NCBI GenBank assembly: GCA_963734545.1
Contig: CAVTHO010000008.1
Coordinates: 96,001-160,000, forward strand
Length of the DNA: 64,000 nucleotides
Source of the DNA: an uncultured Spirochaetota bacterium
GTDB lineage: Bacteria > Spirochaetota > Spirochaetia > SZUA-6 > Fen-1364
Direction of reading: 5' to 3'
The stretch's first letter is position 1. Each line of letters starts with the position of its first letter. Shown piece after piece: positions 36,454 through 45,773 of the stretch. The notes beneath the pieces are model-generated. The model made no database searches, had not been told where the DNA came from, and saw only the letters and a list, made by a program, of their open reading frames with translations. Both the position numbers and the translations under genes were made by a program.

Positions 36454-37181
36454 TTTCGCCTTTTCTCCTCGGGGCCCAGCGCCCTCGCCTGACGCTCCTT
36501 CAGCGCGCGGAGCAGCCTCGGCGCGCCGTCGAAGATCCGGGAGAACCGTATGCCCGCTGCGTTCTTTTCCCGGTAGACGACGTCAACCGCTGCCTCGAGC
36601 TGCACGTCTCCCCACAGGATGTCGGCCGATGGAACAAATCTGCCGGGGTCGAGAATCGAGCCGACAGGGGCAGCTTCCGTATCGATGGCCGCGCCCCCTT
36701 CGCCGATGTTCTTCAAGGGGAACACATCACCGCCCTCGGAGTCCGGGAGCCGGAGCACCGCGTTCATGGTCGCGGGTATGGCGAATCTCGGCGACGCCCG
36801 CCGCGCCCGGACATTCATCTTTCGCAAAGCGAGATCCAGGAGCCTCGCCGCATGCTCCTCCATGCGGAACGGCTTCACGACGACCCCCGCCACACGGAGC
36901 GCCATGGCGTCGTGCGCGTCATCGAAGCTGAACCGGCTCGTCACCAGGACGAGCCCCGCGGCTCCTTGTTTCGCGCCCAGGCTCCCTGCGAGCAGTCGCC
37001 ACTCCCGCGCCATCCCGTCCACGTCCATGACGATGAGTGAAGGCGCGGTGAGATCGAGATTGGCGACAACCTCTGCAAGATCAGCGGACTCGAATACCTC
37101 GAAATCCAGGGCGCCCAGGGATTGGGCGATCGGCTGCCGGACGAGGAGTATCTTTCCCAGAATAACGACCCTGAGGGACAC
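36447..37181 (-). CDS. Receiver domain plus PilZ domain protein
   Basis: LIVMD and VKPF receiver motifs; RRASPR and NIGEGG PilZ motifs. Confidence 0.7.
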   Translation of the reverse strand: MSLRVVILGKILLVRQPIAQSLGALDFEVFESADLAEVVANLDLTAPSLIVMDVDGMAREWRLLAGSLGAKQGAAGLVLVTSRFSFDDAHDAMALRVAGVVVKPFRMEEHAARLLDLALRKMNVRARRASPRFAIPATMNAVLRLPDSEGGDVFPLKNIGEGGAAIDTEAAPVGSILDPGRFVPSADILWGDVQLEAAVDVVYREKNAAGIRFSRIFDGAPRLLRALKERQARALGPEEKRRKW

Positions 37182-37378
37182 GACGCGTCGATTCTATCAA
37201 CAACACCGTCTTTCCGCCATCGAGCTTGTGCGCGTCAGCCGCGCGGCCTGTTTGCCCGTCTTCACGACGTACTCTCCTGCCACGATCCGGCCGTGCTTTC
37301 GCACTGCCGTTGACCAGGACTGCCGGCGTCGCTACGTTGAAGGGTGAAGCGCGGCGAAGCCGCGCAGGGAGAGGAAAA

Positions 37379-37765
37379 ATGGTCTATTACATGAGTAAGA
37401 AGATCGGCGTCTCGTTTCAGGTTGCCCTGGATCGCGTCAAAGAAGAGCTCAAGAATGAAGGTTTCGGGGTGCTCACGGAGATCGACGTCCGTGACACTCT
37501 GAAAAAGAAACTCGACGTTGAGTTCCGCAACTACCGAATACTCGGCGCCTGCAACCCTCCTTTCGCGCATAAGGCCCTCCAGACGGAGGGGAAGATCGGG
37601 CTCCTGCTCCCCTGCAACGTGATCGTCCAGGAGGAGAGCGACGGCACGGTGGAGGTGGCGGCGATCGACCCGGCGGCCTCCATGCAGACCGTGGGGAACC
37701 CTGCGTTGTCCGACATCGCGGGGCAGGTCCGCGAGAAGCTGCAGAAGGTCATTGCGCGGCTCTGA
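37379..37765 (+). CDS. DUF302 protein
   Basis: GFGVLTEIDV, ILGACNP and GLLLPCNV motifs. Confidence 0.88.
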   Translation: MVYYMSKKIGVSFQVALDRVKEELKNEGFGVLTEIDVRDTLKKKLDVEFRNYRILGACNPPFAHKALQTEGKIGLLLPCNVIVQEESDGTVEVAAIDPAASMQTVGNPALSDIAGQVREKLQKVIARL

Positions 37766-37766
37766 A

Positions 37767-40220
37767 ATGAAAGAAAGCCCTTCAGCAGAGCCCGGATCAG
37801 TCGGGCCCGCTGCAAAAAAAACCACCGAATACAAAGCGATGCCCATTGAAGATGCCTTTCGAGAGCTGGGCTCGGGTCCTGAGGGCCTCGGCGAGCCCGA
37901 AGTCGAGAAGAGGCTGAAGATATACGGCCGGAATGAGATAACCGCCAGAAAGAAAAGCCCGGTCCTCGAGTTTCTATCACGGTTCTGGGGACCGATGCCA
38001 TGGCTCCTGGAGCTGGCCATCGCACTGTCCGTTTTCCTGGGACACGATCTGGAAGCAGTCATCATCGCCATCCTGATCGTGACGAACGCGATAATCGGCT
38101 ACCTTCATTCCCGAAGCTCCCAGAGATCCCTCGAGCTCCTCAAGGAAAGGTTGGCTGTCGGTGCTGTCGTGCGCCGCGGGAGCAAGTGGGTGGCCACGCA
38201 CGCATCAGAGATCGTGCCGGGAGATGTCGCCGTGGTCCAGGTGGGCGATATCGTTCCGGCGGATGCCAAGGTCCTGCGCGGCGCCCTGTCCGTGGATCAA
38301 TCCGCGCTGACGGGTGAATCGCTTCCCGTGGAGGTCGGCCCGTCGGACGTCCTCTACTCGAGCTCGGTCGTGAAACGCGGCGAGGCCCAATGCCTGGTGG
38401 TCAACACGGGGAGCAGGACATATTTCGGCAGGACCGCGGAGCTTGTGCAGATCGCGCGGCCGAGGTCCCACCAGGAACAGATCATGCTGTCCATCGTGAG
38501 GTACATGATGTACCTTGGAATCGCTGCGCTTGCGGCCGTTGCCGTGGGCGCCCTGCTTTTAAAGATCGGAATACTGACGGTCGCTACCTTTGCGGTGATT
38601 TTCCTGATGGGCGCCGTGCCGGTCGCACTGCCTGCTGTTCTCACCATCGTACAGGCGGTGGGGGCGATGGAGTTGGTGAGAAAAGGGGTGCTGGTCACCC
38701 GGCTCGACTCCATGGAAGACGCGGCATCTCTTGATATCCTTTGCCTGGACAAGACCGGCACCCTCACAATGAATCAGCTCTCAGTGACCGAGGTTATTCC
38801 GTACGCGGGGCACGAGGGAGACGATGTTCTTGCAATCGCGGCCCTTACCGCACGGCAGGAGAGCCAGGACGGCATCGACAGGGCGGTTCACGACCGTGCC
38901 GGGGCTGCCGGCATCACCAACGCGAACTACCGCCAGATTTCAGTCACGCCATTCGAGGCCGCCACCAAGCGATCCGAAGCGGTCATCCAGGAGGGGACAA
39001 ATCGTTTCCGCGCGGTGAAAGGCGCTCCCCAGGTGGTGCTCTCCCTCTCCCGGCTCACGGACAGCGCTGTTGTGAAGGCGGCCGGCGAGATGGTGGAAGC
39101 GCTGTCCCGCAAGGGGTCCCGGACCCTGGCGGTGGCGAGATCCCGATCAGCGGACGGGGATGACTTCGAGCTGGTGGGACTGCTGGCCCTGGCTGATCCA
39201 CCCCGCCCCGATGCAAAACAGATGATAGCGGAGGCCAGGGGTCTCGGCGTAAAGCCCATCATGGTCACCGGCGACAACATCGCCATTGCCCGGCAGATGG
39301 CACTTGAGTTGGGTATCGGCAACAACGTCATGCGCATGGGGGATCTCACGGGCTCCGGCGAGACCGAACAGATGCAGATTGTCCAGGGATGCGACGTGCT
39401 GGCGGAAGTCTACCCGGAGGACAAGTACAGGATCGTGAGGCTCCTGCAGGCGCACGGACACACGTCGGGCATGACAGGTGACGGCGTCAATGACGCCCCT
39501 GCGCTGAAGCAGGCTGAGGTCGGCATCGCGGTTAAAGGCGCCACCAACGTGGCCAAGGCATCAGCGAGCATGGTTCTCACCGAGCCGGGCATCAGGGTCA
39601 TCATCGACGCGCTGAAGTCGAGCAGGCAGATCTATCAGCGGATGCTCACGTGGGTCCTCAACAAGGTCACCAAGACGATCCAGCTCGTCGGCATCCTGAC
39701 CCTGGGCTTTTTCTGGCTGCACGATCTTGTGGTCTCCCTCCTCGGCATGGCACTCCTGGTGTTCGCCAACGACTTTGTGACCATGACACTCTCCACGGAC
39801 AACGTGAAGTACACCAGAAATCCCAATAACTGGAACGTGAGGAACGTCACCCTGGCCTCCGCGGGGATCGGGGTTTTCTTCATCCTGGAAGGCTGGCTCA
39901 CCATCCTGGTGGGCCGGAATCTCTTCCATCTGACAGATGAGGGATTGCGCAGCTTTGTTCTGTTGATGCTTGTTTTCACCAGTCAGTTCCGAATCTATCT
40001 CGTGCGCGAAAGGGGCCGCTTCTGGGATTCACGGCCGGGCCGGGGAATCCTCATCTCCTCGGCGGCTGCCATTGTCGTCTTTTCCCTTCTGGGCATATTT
40101 GGGGGAATCATCCAGGGACTCGGCGTCTTCCCGGTGGCGTTCCTGGTGGGATTCTCCGGGCTTTTCACCCTCATGGTGGACCTGCCCAAGTACCATATTT
40201 TCAGGAAGCTCGGGCTCTGA
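37767..40220 (+). CDS. Plasma-membrane proton-efflux P-type ATPase (P3A), second divergent copy
   Basis: TGES, VPVALP, CLDKTGT, KGAP, TGDGVNDAP and FANDF motifs. Confidence 0.9.
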   Translation: MKESPSAEPGSVGPAAKKTTEYKAMPIEDAFRELGSGPEGLGEPEVEKRLKIYGRNEITARKKSPVLEFLSRFWGPMPWLLELAIALSVFLGHDLEAVIIAILIVTNAIIGYLHSRSSQRSLELLKERLAVGAVVRRGSKWVATHASEIVPGDVAVVQVGDIVPADAKVLRGALSVDQSALTGESLPVEVGPSDVLYSSSVVKRGEAQCLVVNTGSRTYFGRTAELVQIARPRSHQEQIMLSIVRYMMYLGIAALAAVAVGALLLKIGILTVATFAVIFLMGAVPVALPAVLTIVQAVGAMELVRKGVLVTRLDSMEDAASLDILCLDKTGTLTMNQLSVTEVIPYAGHEGDDVLAIAALTARQESQDGIDRAVHDRAGAAGITNANYRQISVTPFEAATKRSEAVIQEGTNRFRAVKGAPQVVLSLSRLTDSAVVKAAGEMVEALSRKGSRTLAVARSRSADGDDFELVGLLALADPPRPDAKQMIAEARGLGVKPIMVTGDNIAIARQMALELGIGNNVMRMGDLTGSGETEQMQIVQGCDVLAEVYPEDKYRIVRLLQAHGHTSGMTGDGVNDAPALKQAEVGIAVKGATNVAKASASMVLTEPGIRVIIDALKSSRQIYQRMLTWVLNKVTKTIQLVGILTLGFFWLHDLVVSLLGMALLVFANDFVTMTLSTDNVKYTRNPNNWNVRNVTLASAGIGVFFILEGWLTILVGRNLFHLTDEGLRSFVLLMLVFTSQFRIYLVRERGRFWDSRPGRGILISSAAAIVVFSLLGIFGGIIQGLGVFPVAFLVGFSGLFTLMVDLPKYHIFRKLGL

Positions 40221-40254
40221 ATCAATGAACGATAGACCGTAGCCCCGCACGCGG

Positions 40255-40297
40255 TGTGACAAAAGTCACTGATGATTCCGCAGCTTTCCGCTATGCT
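40255..40297 (+). promoter_or_regulatory. Class II CRP/FNR-type promoter
   Basis: TGTGA-CAAAAG-TCACT at 40255-40270; TATGCT at 40292-40297 (site centred at -41.5). Confidence 0.7.
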
Positions 40298-40303
40298 GTC
40301 ACG

Positions 40304-40834
40304 ATGCGCGCATTCAGACGCAGGACATACCGAGGGCCGGCTGATTTCCTGGAAGACATCCGGTATCTGATCGGCAACCGTTCACTTGTGAAAAGGGCCA
40401 TGCGGAGCGGCGAGATAAGCTTCGGCTTCAGGGAGCGGCTGATGATGGTCGTGACCGAGGTAAATGGGTGCCGGTATTGCAGTTACTACCACTCTGCGCA
40501 ATCGATCAAAGCGGGCCTGTCCGACAATGAACTGCGCGCCCTGCTCGCGGGGCAGATACCGGAAGACTCCCCCGCGGAAGAAATACCTGCCCTGGTGTAT
40601 GCGCAGCACTGGGCCCAGACCAACGCGAAACCTGATTTCGAAGCAGTACACGGCCTGATCGAGACCTACCTCGATGAAAAGGCAGCCCTGATCCATGCCA
40701 TTTTGCGAATGATCCGGGTGGGGAATTTGACGGGCAATACCTGGGACTGTTTCCTCAACCGGATATCCTTTGGCCGGCTCGGTCTGACGGCGAAAGACCG
40801 GCAGGCATCCGAGCGCCTCCGTTCACCAGTGTGA
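40304..40834 (+). CDS. AhpD/CMD family protein
   Basis: ERLMMVVTEVNGCRYCSYYH motif. Confidence 0.85.
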   Translation: MRAFRRRTYRGPADFLEDIRYLIGNRSLVKRAMRSGEISFGFRERLMMVVTEVNGCRYCSYYHSAQSIKAGLSDNELRALLAGQIPEDSPAEEIPALVYAQHWAQTNAKPDFEAVHGLIETYLDEKAALIHAILRMIRVGNLTGNTWDCFLNRISFGRLGLTAKDRQASERLRSPV

Positions 40835-40872
40835 CGAAAGTCACTGATCGTTTCGTTTCCGTCGCGTATGTT
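40830..40872 (+). promoter_or_regulatory. Class II CRP/FNR-type promoter
   Basis: TGTGA-CGAAAG-TCACT at 40830-40845; TATGTT at 40867-40872. Confidence 0.7.
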
Positions 40873-40904
40873 ATCAGCTTGAAGCAATCGACGAGGAGGA
40901 GCAT

Positions 40905-41573
40905 ATGGCTTTTATCAAAGACAAGGATGCGAAAGTTGTCCGGGAAAGGCTCGCGAAGCTGCCGGGTCCCGTCACGCTCGCAGTTTTCACGCAGGAGTTC
41001 GAATGCGAGTATTGCCGCCAGACCCGTGAGCTGGCGGAAGAAATCGCCGGATTGTCCGAGGGCAAGGTCACGACCGAAGTCTACGACCTGGTCGGAGACA
41101 AGACCAGGGCTGATCAGATGGGAATCACCCAGATACCCGCCATTGCCGTGCTCGGCGGCAAAGGGGAAGACCACGGGATCAGGTTCTTCGGCATCCCCGC
41201 GGGATACGAGTTCGCTTCTCTCCTTGAATCCCTGGAAATGGTGGCAAAGGGAGATTCGGGGCTCGCCCCCGCGACGCGGGAGAAGCTCAAATTGCTGTCA
41301 TCGCCCATGAACCTGCAGGTATTTGTCACTCCCACGTGCCCCTACTGCCCGCGGGCGGTGCTCACCGCGTTCCGCTTCGCCATGGAATCGAGGAATGTGC
41401 GCGCTTCCATGGTCGAGGCATCGGAGTTCCCTCATCTTGCGAACAAGTACCAGGTTTCCGGTGTTCCGCACACCGTCATTGGGGACAGCCCCCAACCGAT
41501 GATCGGTGCCTACCCCGAGGCAGCGGCGGCGGACATGCTCGTCGCAGCCGCGCAGGGCATGAAGGAGATATAG
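40905..41573 (+). CDS. Protein disulfide oxidoreductase (two thioredoxin folds)
   Basis: CEYC and CPYC motifs; GIPAGYEF. Confidence 0.9.
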   Translation: MAFIKDKDAKVVRERLAKLPGPVTLAVFTQEFECEYCRQTRELAEEIAGLSEGKVTTEVYDLVGDKTRADQMGITQIPAIAVLGGKGEDHGIRFFGIPAGYEFASLLESLEMVAKGDSGLAPATREKLKLLSSPMNLQVFVTPTCPYCPRAVLTAFRFAMESRNVRASMVEASEFPHLANKYQVSGVPHTVIGDSPQPMIGAYPEAAAADMLVAAAQGMKEI

Positions 41574-41580
41574 GGCCATT

Positions 41581-41608
41581 GCAACCACGCCACCTCCTCG
41601 CAGGTATA
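41581..41608 (+). promoter_or_regulatory. ECF sigma promoter
   Basis: GCAACC-N16-GGTATA, repeated at 42825-42852. Confidence 0.7.
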
Positions 41609-41640
41609 CATGGACAACAGCGGCTTGCCGCGAGGAGGAA

Positions 41641-42153
41641 ATGATGAGCAAAAGAATCATCGCAGGAATGGTCATGGTGCTGGCGGGCTTCGTCGCGTTC
41701 GCGAATGGGAACGCGGAAGGAACCACCACGGTCGAAGGAGTCGTGGCCGTTGCGCCCGACGAGAATGGGCGGGAGCGGGTCATGCTTCGCACGGCCAAAG
41801 GCGAGGACATTGTTGTGGACATGCCGATCCAGGAAAGGCAGCGGATCCAGCTTCGGGAACAGGACAAGGTCCGCGTCAGCGGGATCTATGTGGGAGTTCC
41901 CGCCGGAGAACAGGTGCAGGCCCGGGTTCTGGCACGACACGTGAATGCGGACGGCAAGGACTACACCATCGAGAATCCGATCCAGCTCACCGAGCGGGAT
42001 CGGGACCGCATACGCCTGTGCGAGGGTGAGCGGCTGCAGACCCAAACGCAGACCCGTGATCGGACGCAGAGCTCGACGGGCAGCGGTGGCGGCGGCGGCG
42101 GAACGAGCACAAGCCCGAGTGGGAAGGGGGTCAGCTCCCCTGGGGGGAAGTGA
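41641..42153 (+). CDS. Exported hypothetical protein with a low-complexity tail
   Basis: AFANG signal peptide; QTQTQTRDR/Gly-Ser tail; strong RBS. Confidence 0.75.
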   Translation: MMSKRIIAGMVMVLAGFVAFANGNAEGTTTVEGVVAVAPDENGRERVMLRTAKGEDIVVDMPIQERQRIQLREQDKVRVSGIYVGVPAGEQVQARVLARHVNADGKDYTIENPIQLTERDRDRIRLCEGERLQTQTQTRDRTQSSTGSGGGGGGTSTSPSGKGVSSPGGK

Positions 42154-42254
42154 TCCAGTGATGCGCGGCCGGCCTGTCGGTCCAGGCCGGCTGCCCTGAT
42201 GGCACGCTGCCAAAGGCGAACGCGCACCGAAGCAACGTGTTACATTCCAATTGC

Positions 42255-42872
42255 ATGAACGAGGGAAAGCCGATCCGCAACACCGAAGCAGACGATCTGC
42301 TCACGATTTCGGAAGTCCTCCGGGGAAACACCGATGCCTTCCGCTCCGTCCTCGAGCGCTATCACGGGCTGGTGTTTCGGCTCGCTCTCTCCTCCCTGGG
42401 AAACAGGGAGGAGGCGGAAGAGGCATCCCAGGAGATCTTTCTCAAGGCCTTCAGGTCACTGAAGTCCTTTCGCATTGAGAAGCGCTTCCTGCCATGGCTC
42501 TATTCCATAGCATCGAATCACTTGAAGACACGGGCGGTACGCATACGGAGGGTGGAGTCGGGACTCGTCCGGGACGTGCAGGAGCGCGTCCCCACACGGC
42601 CGGAAGACGATCCCCAGGCCCACGCGCTTCGCGAGCAGTCTCTGGCCGAGGTGAAGAACGCCGTGGCTGCTCTCCCCCTCACGCTGCGGGAGGTGGTGCG
42701 TCTCTACTACTTCGAGGCAATGAGCGCGGAACAGGTGGGATCCCTGCTCGGACTCGGAAGCGAGAATGTCAAATCTCGCCTTCTGAGGGGGAGGCGGAAG
42801 CTGAAGGAATTGCTGGAAAAGAACGCAACCGACGCCGACCTGTCAGGGTATACTCATGGCAGGAGTGGATGA
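42255..42872 (+). CDS. ECF RNA polymerase sigma factor
   Basis: AEEASQEIF, PWLYSIA and VKSRLLRGR motifs. Confidence 0.9.
   Translation: MNEGKPIRNTEADDLLTISEVLRGNTDAFRSVLERYHGLVFRLALSSLGNREEAEEASQEIFLKAFRSLKSFRIEKRFLPWLYSIASNHLKTRAVRIRRVESGLVRDVQERVPTRPEDDPQAHALREQSLAEVKNAVAALPLTLREVVRLYYFEAMSAEQVGSLLGLGSENVKSRLLRGRRKLKELLEKNATDADLSGYTHGRSG
42825..42852 (+). promoter_or_regulatory. ECF promoter inside the sigma gene 3' end
   Basis: GCAACC-N16-GGTATA. Confidence 0.7.
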
Positions 42873-42882
42873 GGAGCAGCGC

Positions 42883-43500
42883 ATGAATGACTGCGATCGC
42901 GTCAAGGAGCTGATTCGCGCATGGGAGGAAGGAGGTTCGATCGGCCCCGCCGACATGGTCCTCCTCCGGGAGCACTGCACATCCTGCCCTTCATGTGGAA
43001 AGCGCTTTGCAGCGCTTCTGCCTTTCATTGCACGGGACGTCGAGGGCGCACCGGTCATGCCCCTGGACGACGGTCCTGCCGGTCTCCCCGATGAGGTCAT
43101 GGCGAAGCTGAAGGGACACGCGCCGGCACGGAGAGCTCCCCGCATCTCCTGGGGGATCGCCGTCGCCGCCGGCCTCGTGGTCTTTCTCGGCATCGGGCTT
43201 TTCGCCTTGCGCTTCAGCACGAGCCGCTCCGCGTCCGAGGTGGTCGTGCGTTTCGAGCTGACCGCTCCGGAAGCAAAGAGCGTTGCCCTCGTGGGAAGCT
43301 TCACGGGCTGGAAGACCTCAGAGCTTGCGATGCGCGACCCCGAGGGGGACGGTGTCTGGGAGATATCGATCAAGCTGAGGAAAGACATGATCTACACGTA
43401 CAATTTCCTCATCGACGGAAGCCGCTGGGTGGAAGATCCGGGCGCTGAAACTCAGGTTGACGACGGTTTCGGCGGCAGCAGCTCCGTCATGACGCTTTAG
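42883..43500 (+). CDS. Zinc-finger anti-sigma factor with a CBM48/AMPK-like glycogen-binding domain
   Basis: HCTSCPSC, one TM, then VGSFTGW, GVWEI, YNFLIDG and DDGFGG. Confidence 0.85.
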   Translation: MNDCDRVKELIRAWEEGGSIGPADMVLLREHCTSCPSCGKRFAALLPFIARDVEGAPVMPLDDGPAGLPDEVMAKLKGHAPARRAPRISWGIAVAAGLVVFLGIGLFALRFSTSRSASEVVVRFELTAPEAKSVALVGSFTGWKTSELAMRDPEGDGVWEISIKLRKDMIYTYNFLIDGSRWVEDPGAETQVDDGFGGSSSVMTL

Positions 43501-43509
43501 GAGACTGTC

Positions 43510-44037
43510 ATGCACAAGATGAGAAAAGGCGGAGTGATCGCGGCCATGCTTGTCCTTGTGCAGCTCTCACTCTCTGCCCAGAGCACACAAGACGCCCTCT
43601 CTGCGGAGGCGGCGCAGATGCTGCTGCGCGCGCGCTCGGCAGAATGGATCGCGTCGCTCTCGCAGGAGCTCGATCGACTCCATACCGCTGCGCCGTCCTC
43701 CCCGGTTGTGCTCGACCTCGTGGTGAGTGCGATCCCGGCCACCCTGCTCCCGGAAGACCCTCTGGATGCCGCCCGTATGCTGTTCGACGCATCAGGCGAA
43801 ACGGATCGCGCGCTTCGCCACGGCGTGCCCCGCGCGCTCCTGCGCGCGGAAATACGCCTCGCGTGGCAGAGTGCTCTCGATTCCCGATCACGCTTTGCCC
43901 TTCGCCTGCAGGGCAGGGCGGGCAAGGCAGCCGATGGCTTCGGGGCGGAGAATCGGAGAGCGTGGGACCAGTCGGCGCAGGGCAAGAGCGATCGAGGCGC
44001 GGGTTTCGGGGGAGCGGGCGGCGGAGGTTCTCACTAG
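43510..44037 (+). CDS. Exported hypothetical protein
   Basis: Signal peptide; RBS; operon position. Confidence 0.6.
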   Translation: MHKMRKGGVIAAMLVLVQLSLSAQSTQDALSAEAAQMLLRARSAEWIASLSQELDRLHTAAPSSPVVLDLVVSAIPATLLPEDPLDAARMLFDASGETDRALRHGVPRALLRAEIRLAWQSALDSRSRFALRLQGRAGKAADGFGAENRRAWDQSAQGKSDRGAGFGGAGGGGSH

Positions 44038-44751
44038 ATGAGACAGCGTCTCACCGTCTCGATTCTTCTCCTCCTCATCGCCCCCCTTGTCTTTTGCGAG
44101 GCGCCCGAGCTGTCCTCCTGGTTCAAGAGCGATCCCCGAGCACAGGCCTACCGTGAAATCGAACCGCAGGTTTCCCGCACCTTCGACGAAGCAGAGGCGG
44201 CGGGCCTGCCTCTGCGGATTCTCATGGACAAGCTCCGCGAAGGAGCGGCCAAGGGAGTCACAGCCGACAGGTTGACCGCGGGGCTCCGCGCGGAGCTGGA
44301 GCGGCTCTTGCGGGCGCAGGCGATACTCGAGCGTCAATCGGTCCGCATCTCTGATCAGGAAGGTCGAGAGGAGGCAATGAAGGGGATCTCGATCTCCCTG
44401 CTCGCGGGACTTCCCCCTGAGGCGGTGGAGGAGCTCTTCGCACTTTCCCGACCTCCTGCCCGGGGCCCGCAAGATGCCGTTGCGGCATGCGCCGCGATCA
44501 TCCAGATCCGGGAGACGAGCAGGCTGTCTGATACAGACATCCTGCGCCTCGGCGCAGCGCTTCTCGGCAGCCGCCTGCCCTCGACATCCTTCAGGTCCAT
44601 CCCGTCATTCTTCGTCAAGGCGCGCGCACGCGGCATTGGGGAGCGGGAGATACTGGACTCGATCGTGATCAGGGCGCTCGCATCGGGCGGCGGGCTCGTC
44701 CAGATGGAAGACCAGCTGCGGCTTGAGCTGAAGAGGAGGGGCGGGCGGTGA
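44038..44751 (+). CDS. Exported helical hypothetical protein
   Basis: Signal peptide; GLP...LMDKLREGAAKG. Confidence 0.7.
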   Translation: MRQRLTVSILLLLIAPLVFCEAPELSSWFKSDPRAQAYREIEPQVSRTFDEAEAAGLPLRILMDKLREGAAKGVTADRLTAGLRAELERLLRAQAILERQSVRISDQEGREEAMKGISISLLAGLPPEAVEELFALSRPPARGPQDAVAACAAIIQIRETSRLSDTDILRLGAALLGSRLPSTSFRSIPSFFVKARARGIGEREILDSIVIRALASGGGLVQMEDQLRLELKRRGGR

Positions 44752-45755
44752 GAAAAAAGTCGTTGGTGTGCATCATCCTTGCCGGGATCGCCGTCGGTTC
44801 CTACGGGGAGGCGGACCTGAGCCTCGGCGCGACCGGAGAGGCCTCGCTCGCCGAGCCTGTTTCCCTGGGCGTCGAGCCGTTCCTCAAGGGAACATGGAGC
44901 CTTACCGCTCCCCTCACGGACGAGCTGAGCGCGTTGGCCGATGCCAGCTCGCGTGTGGGCTACGGCCTGCCCGGGCAGGGCTTCACCTATTTCGGCTACG
45001 CCGCGGCCGACCTCTCTTATCGGCGCGGGATGCTTTTCGGCAAGCTCGGCGCGACCTCGACAGTCGCGGGAGACTCGACAGGGAGCCTGCCGGATTTTGC
45101 CGTGGCCTCCGACGCCGAGATGACGCTTGACTACTCGGATTTTACGCTTTCCTTCTTTCCGACCATCCGGTGGAAACAAGCGGACGCGCAGCGGCGCCTT
45201 GAGGGGGAGGGCGCGCTTTCGAGCATCATCGCCGCGGGAGACCAGGTGTTGCTGCGCGCGCGGCTCGAGGGCGGCGTGGGTTTGCCGGAGGGGGGGACCC
45301 CGGAATGGTTTGCCGCGGCGAGCGCGGGCGTCTCGTTCTATCCGGAAGCGCCGCTCGTGTTTTCGATCGATAGCGGCTTCAAGAGAAGCTTTGCGACAAA
45401 CCCACTTGAGGAAACCATCGATGGCGCGGTCGTCACCATCCCGAAAGCGAACGGCTACATTGAAGCCTTCCTGTCTTTGGAGCTCTCCGCTTCCCTCGGA
45501 CGGGATCTGCGGCTTGGTCTTCTCGGACCGGTGCGTTATCGAATTGCCGACCATGGTGCCGTGGAAGGCACCGCCATCCTCCCGGAGACCGAATGGCGGC
45601 TGAGCGTCTCTCCCGCAGTCTCTGCGGAGCTCGCGTTGTCTTCGAGCTTCTCGCTGAAGGCGACCTGCGGAGTCGACCTCCCGTTTTCGAACAGTGCCTA
45701 TCTGCAGAAAAGGGTTGGGTACCTCACCATCGAGTCGATCCTGTCGATTGAATGA
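44748..45755 (+). CDS. Exported beta-rich protein (possible outer-membrane barrel)
   Basis: Signal peptide; alternating hydrophobic strands; GTGA overlap. Confidence 0.6.
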   Translation: MRKKSLVCIILAGIAVGSYGEADLSLGATGEASLAEPVSLGVEPFLKGTWSLTAPLTDELSALADASSRVGYGLPGQGFTYFGYAAADLSYRRGMLFGKLGATSTVAGDSTGSLPDFAVASDAEMTLDYSDFTLSFFPTIRWKQADAQRRLEGEGALSSIIAAGDQVLLRARLEGGVGLPEGGTPEWFAAASAGVSFYPEAPLVFSIDSGFKRSFATNPLEETIDGAVVTIPKANGYIEAFLSLELSASLGRDLRLGLLGPVRYRIADHGAVEGTAILPETEWRLSVSPAVSAELALSSSFSLKATCGVDLPFSNSAYLQKRVGYLTIESILSIE

Positions 45756-45773
45756 CCAGGCGACATCGCGCTC

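Noticed and set aside
37186-37203. Eighth regulon palindrome
   Set aside because: Wrong length and a poor right half-site.
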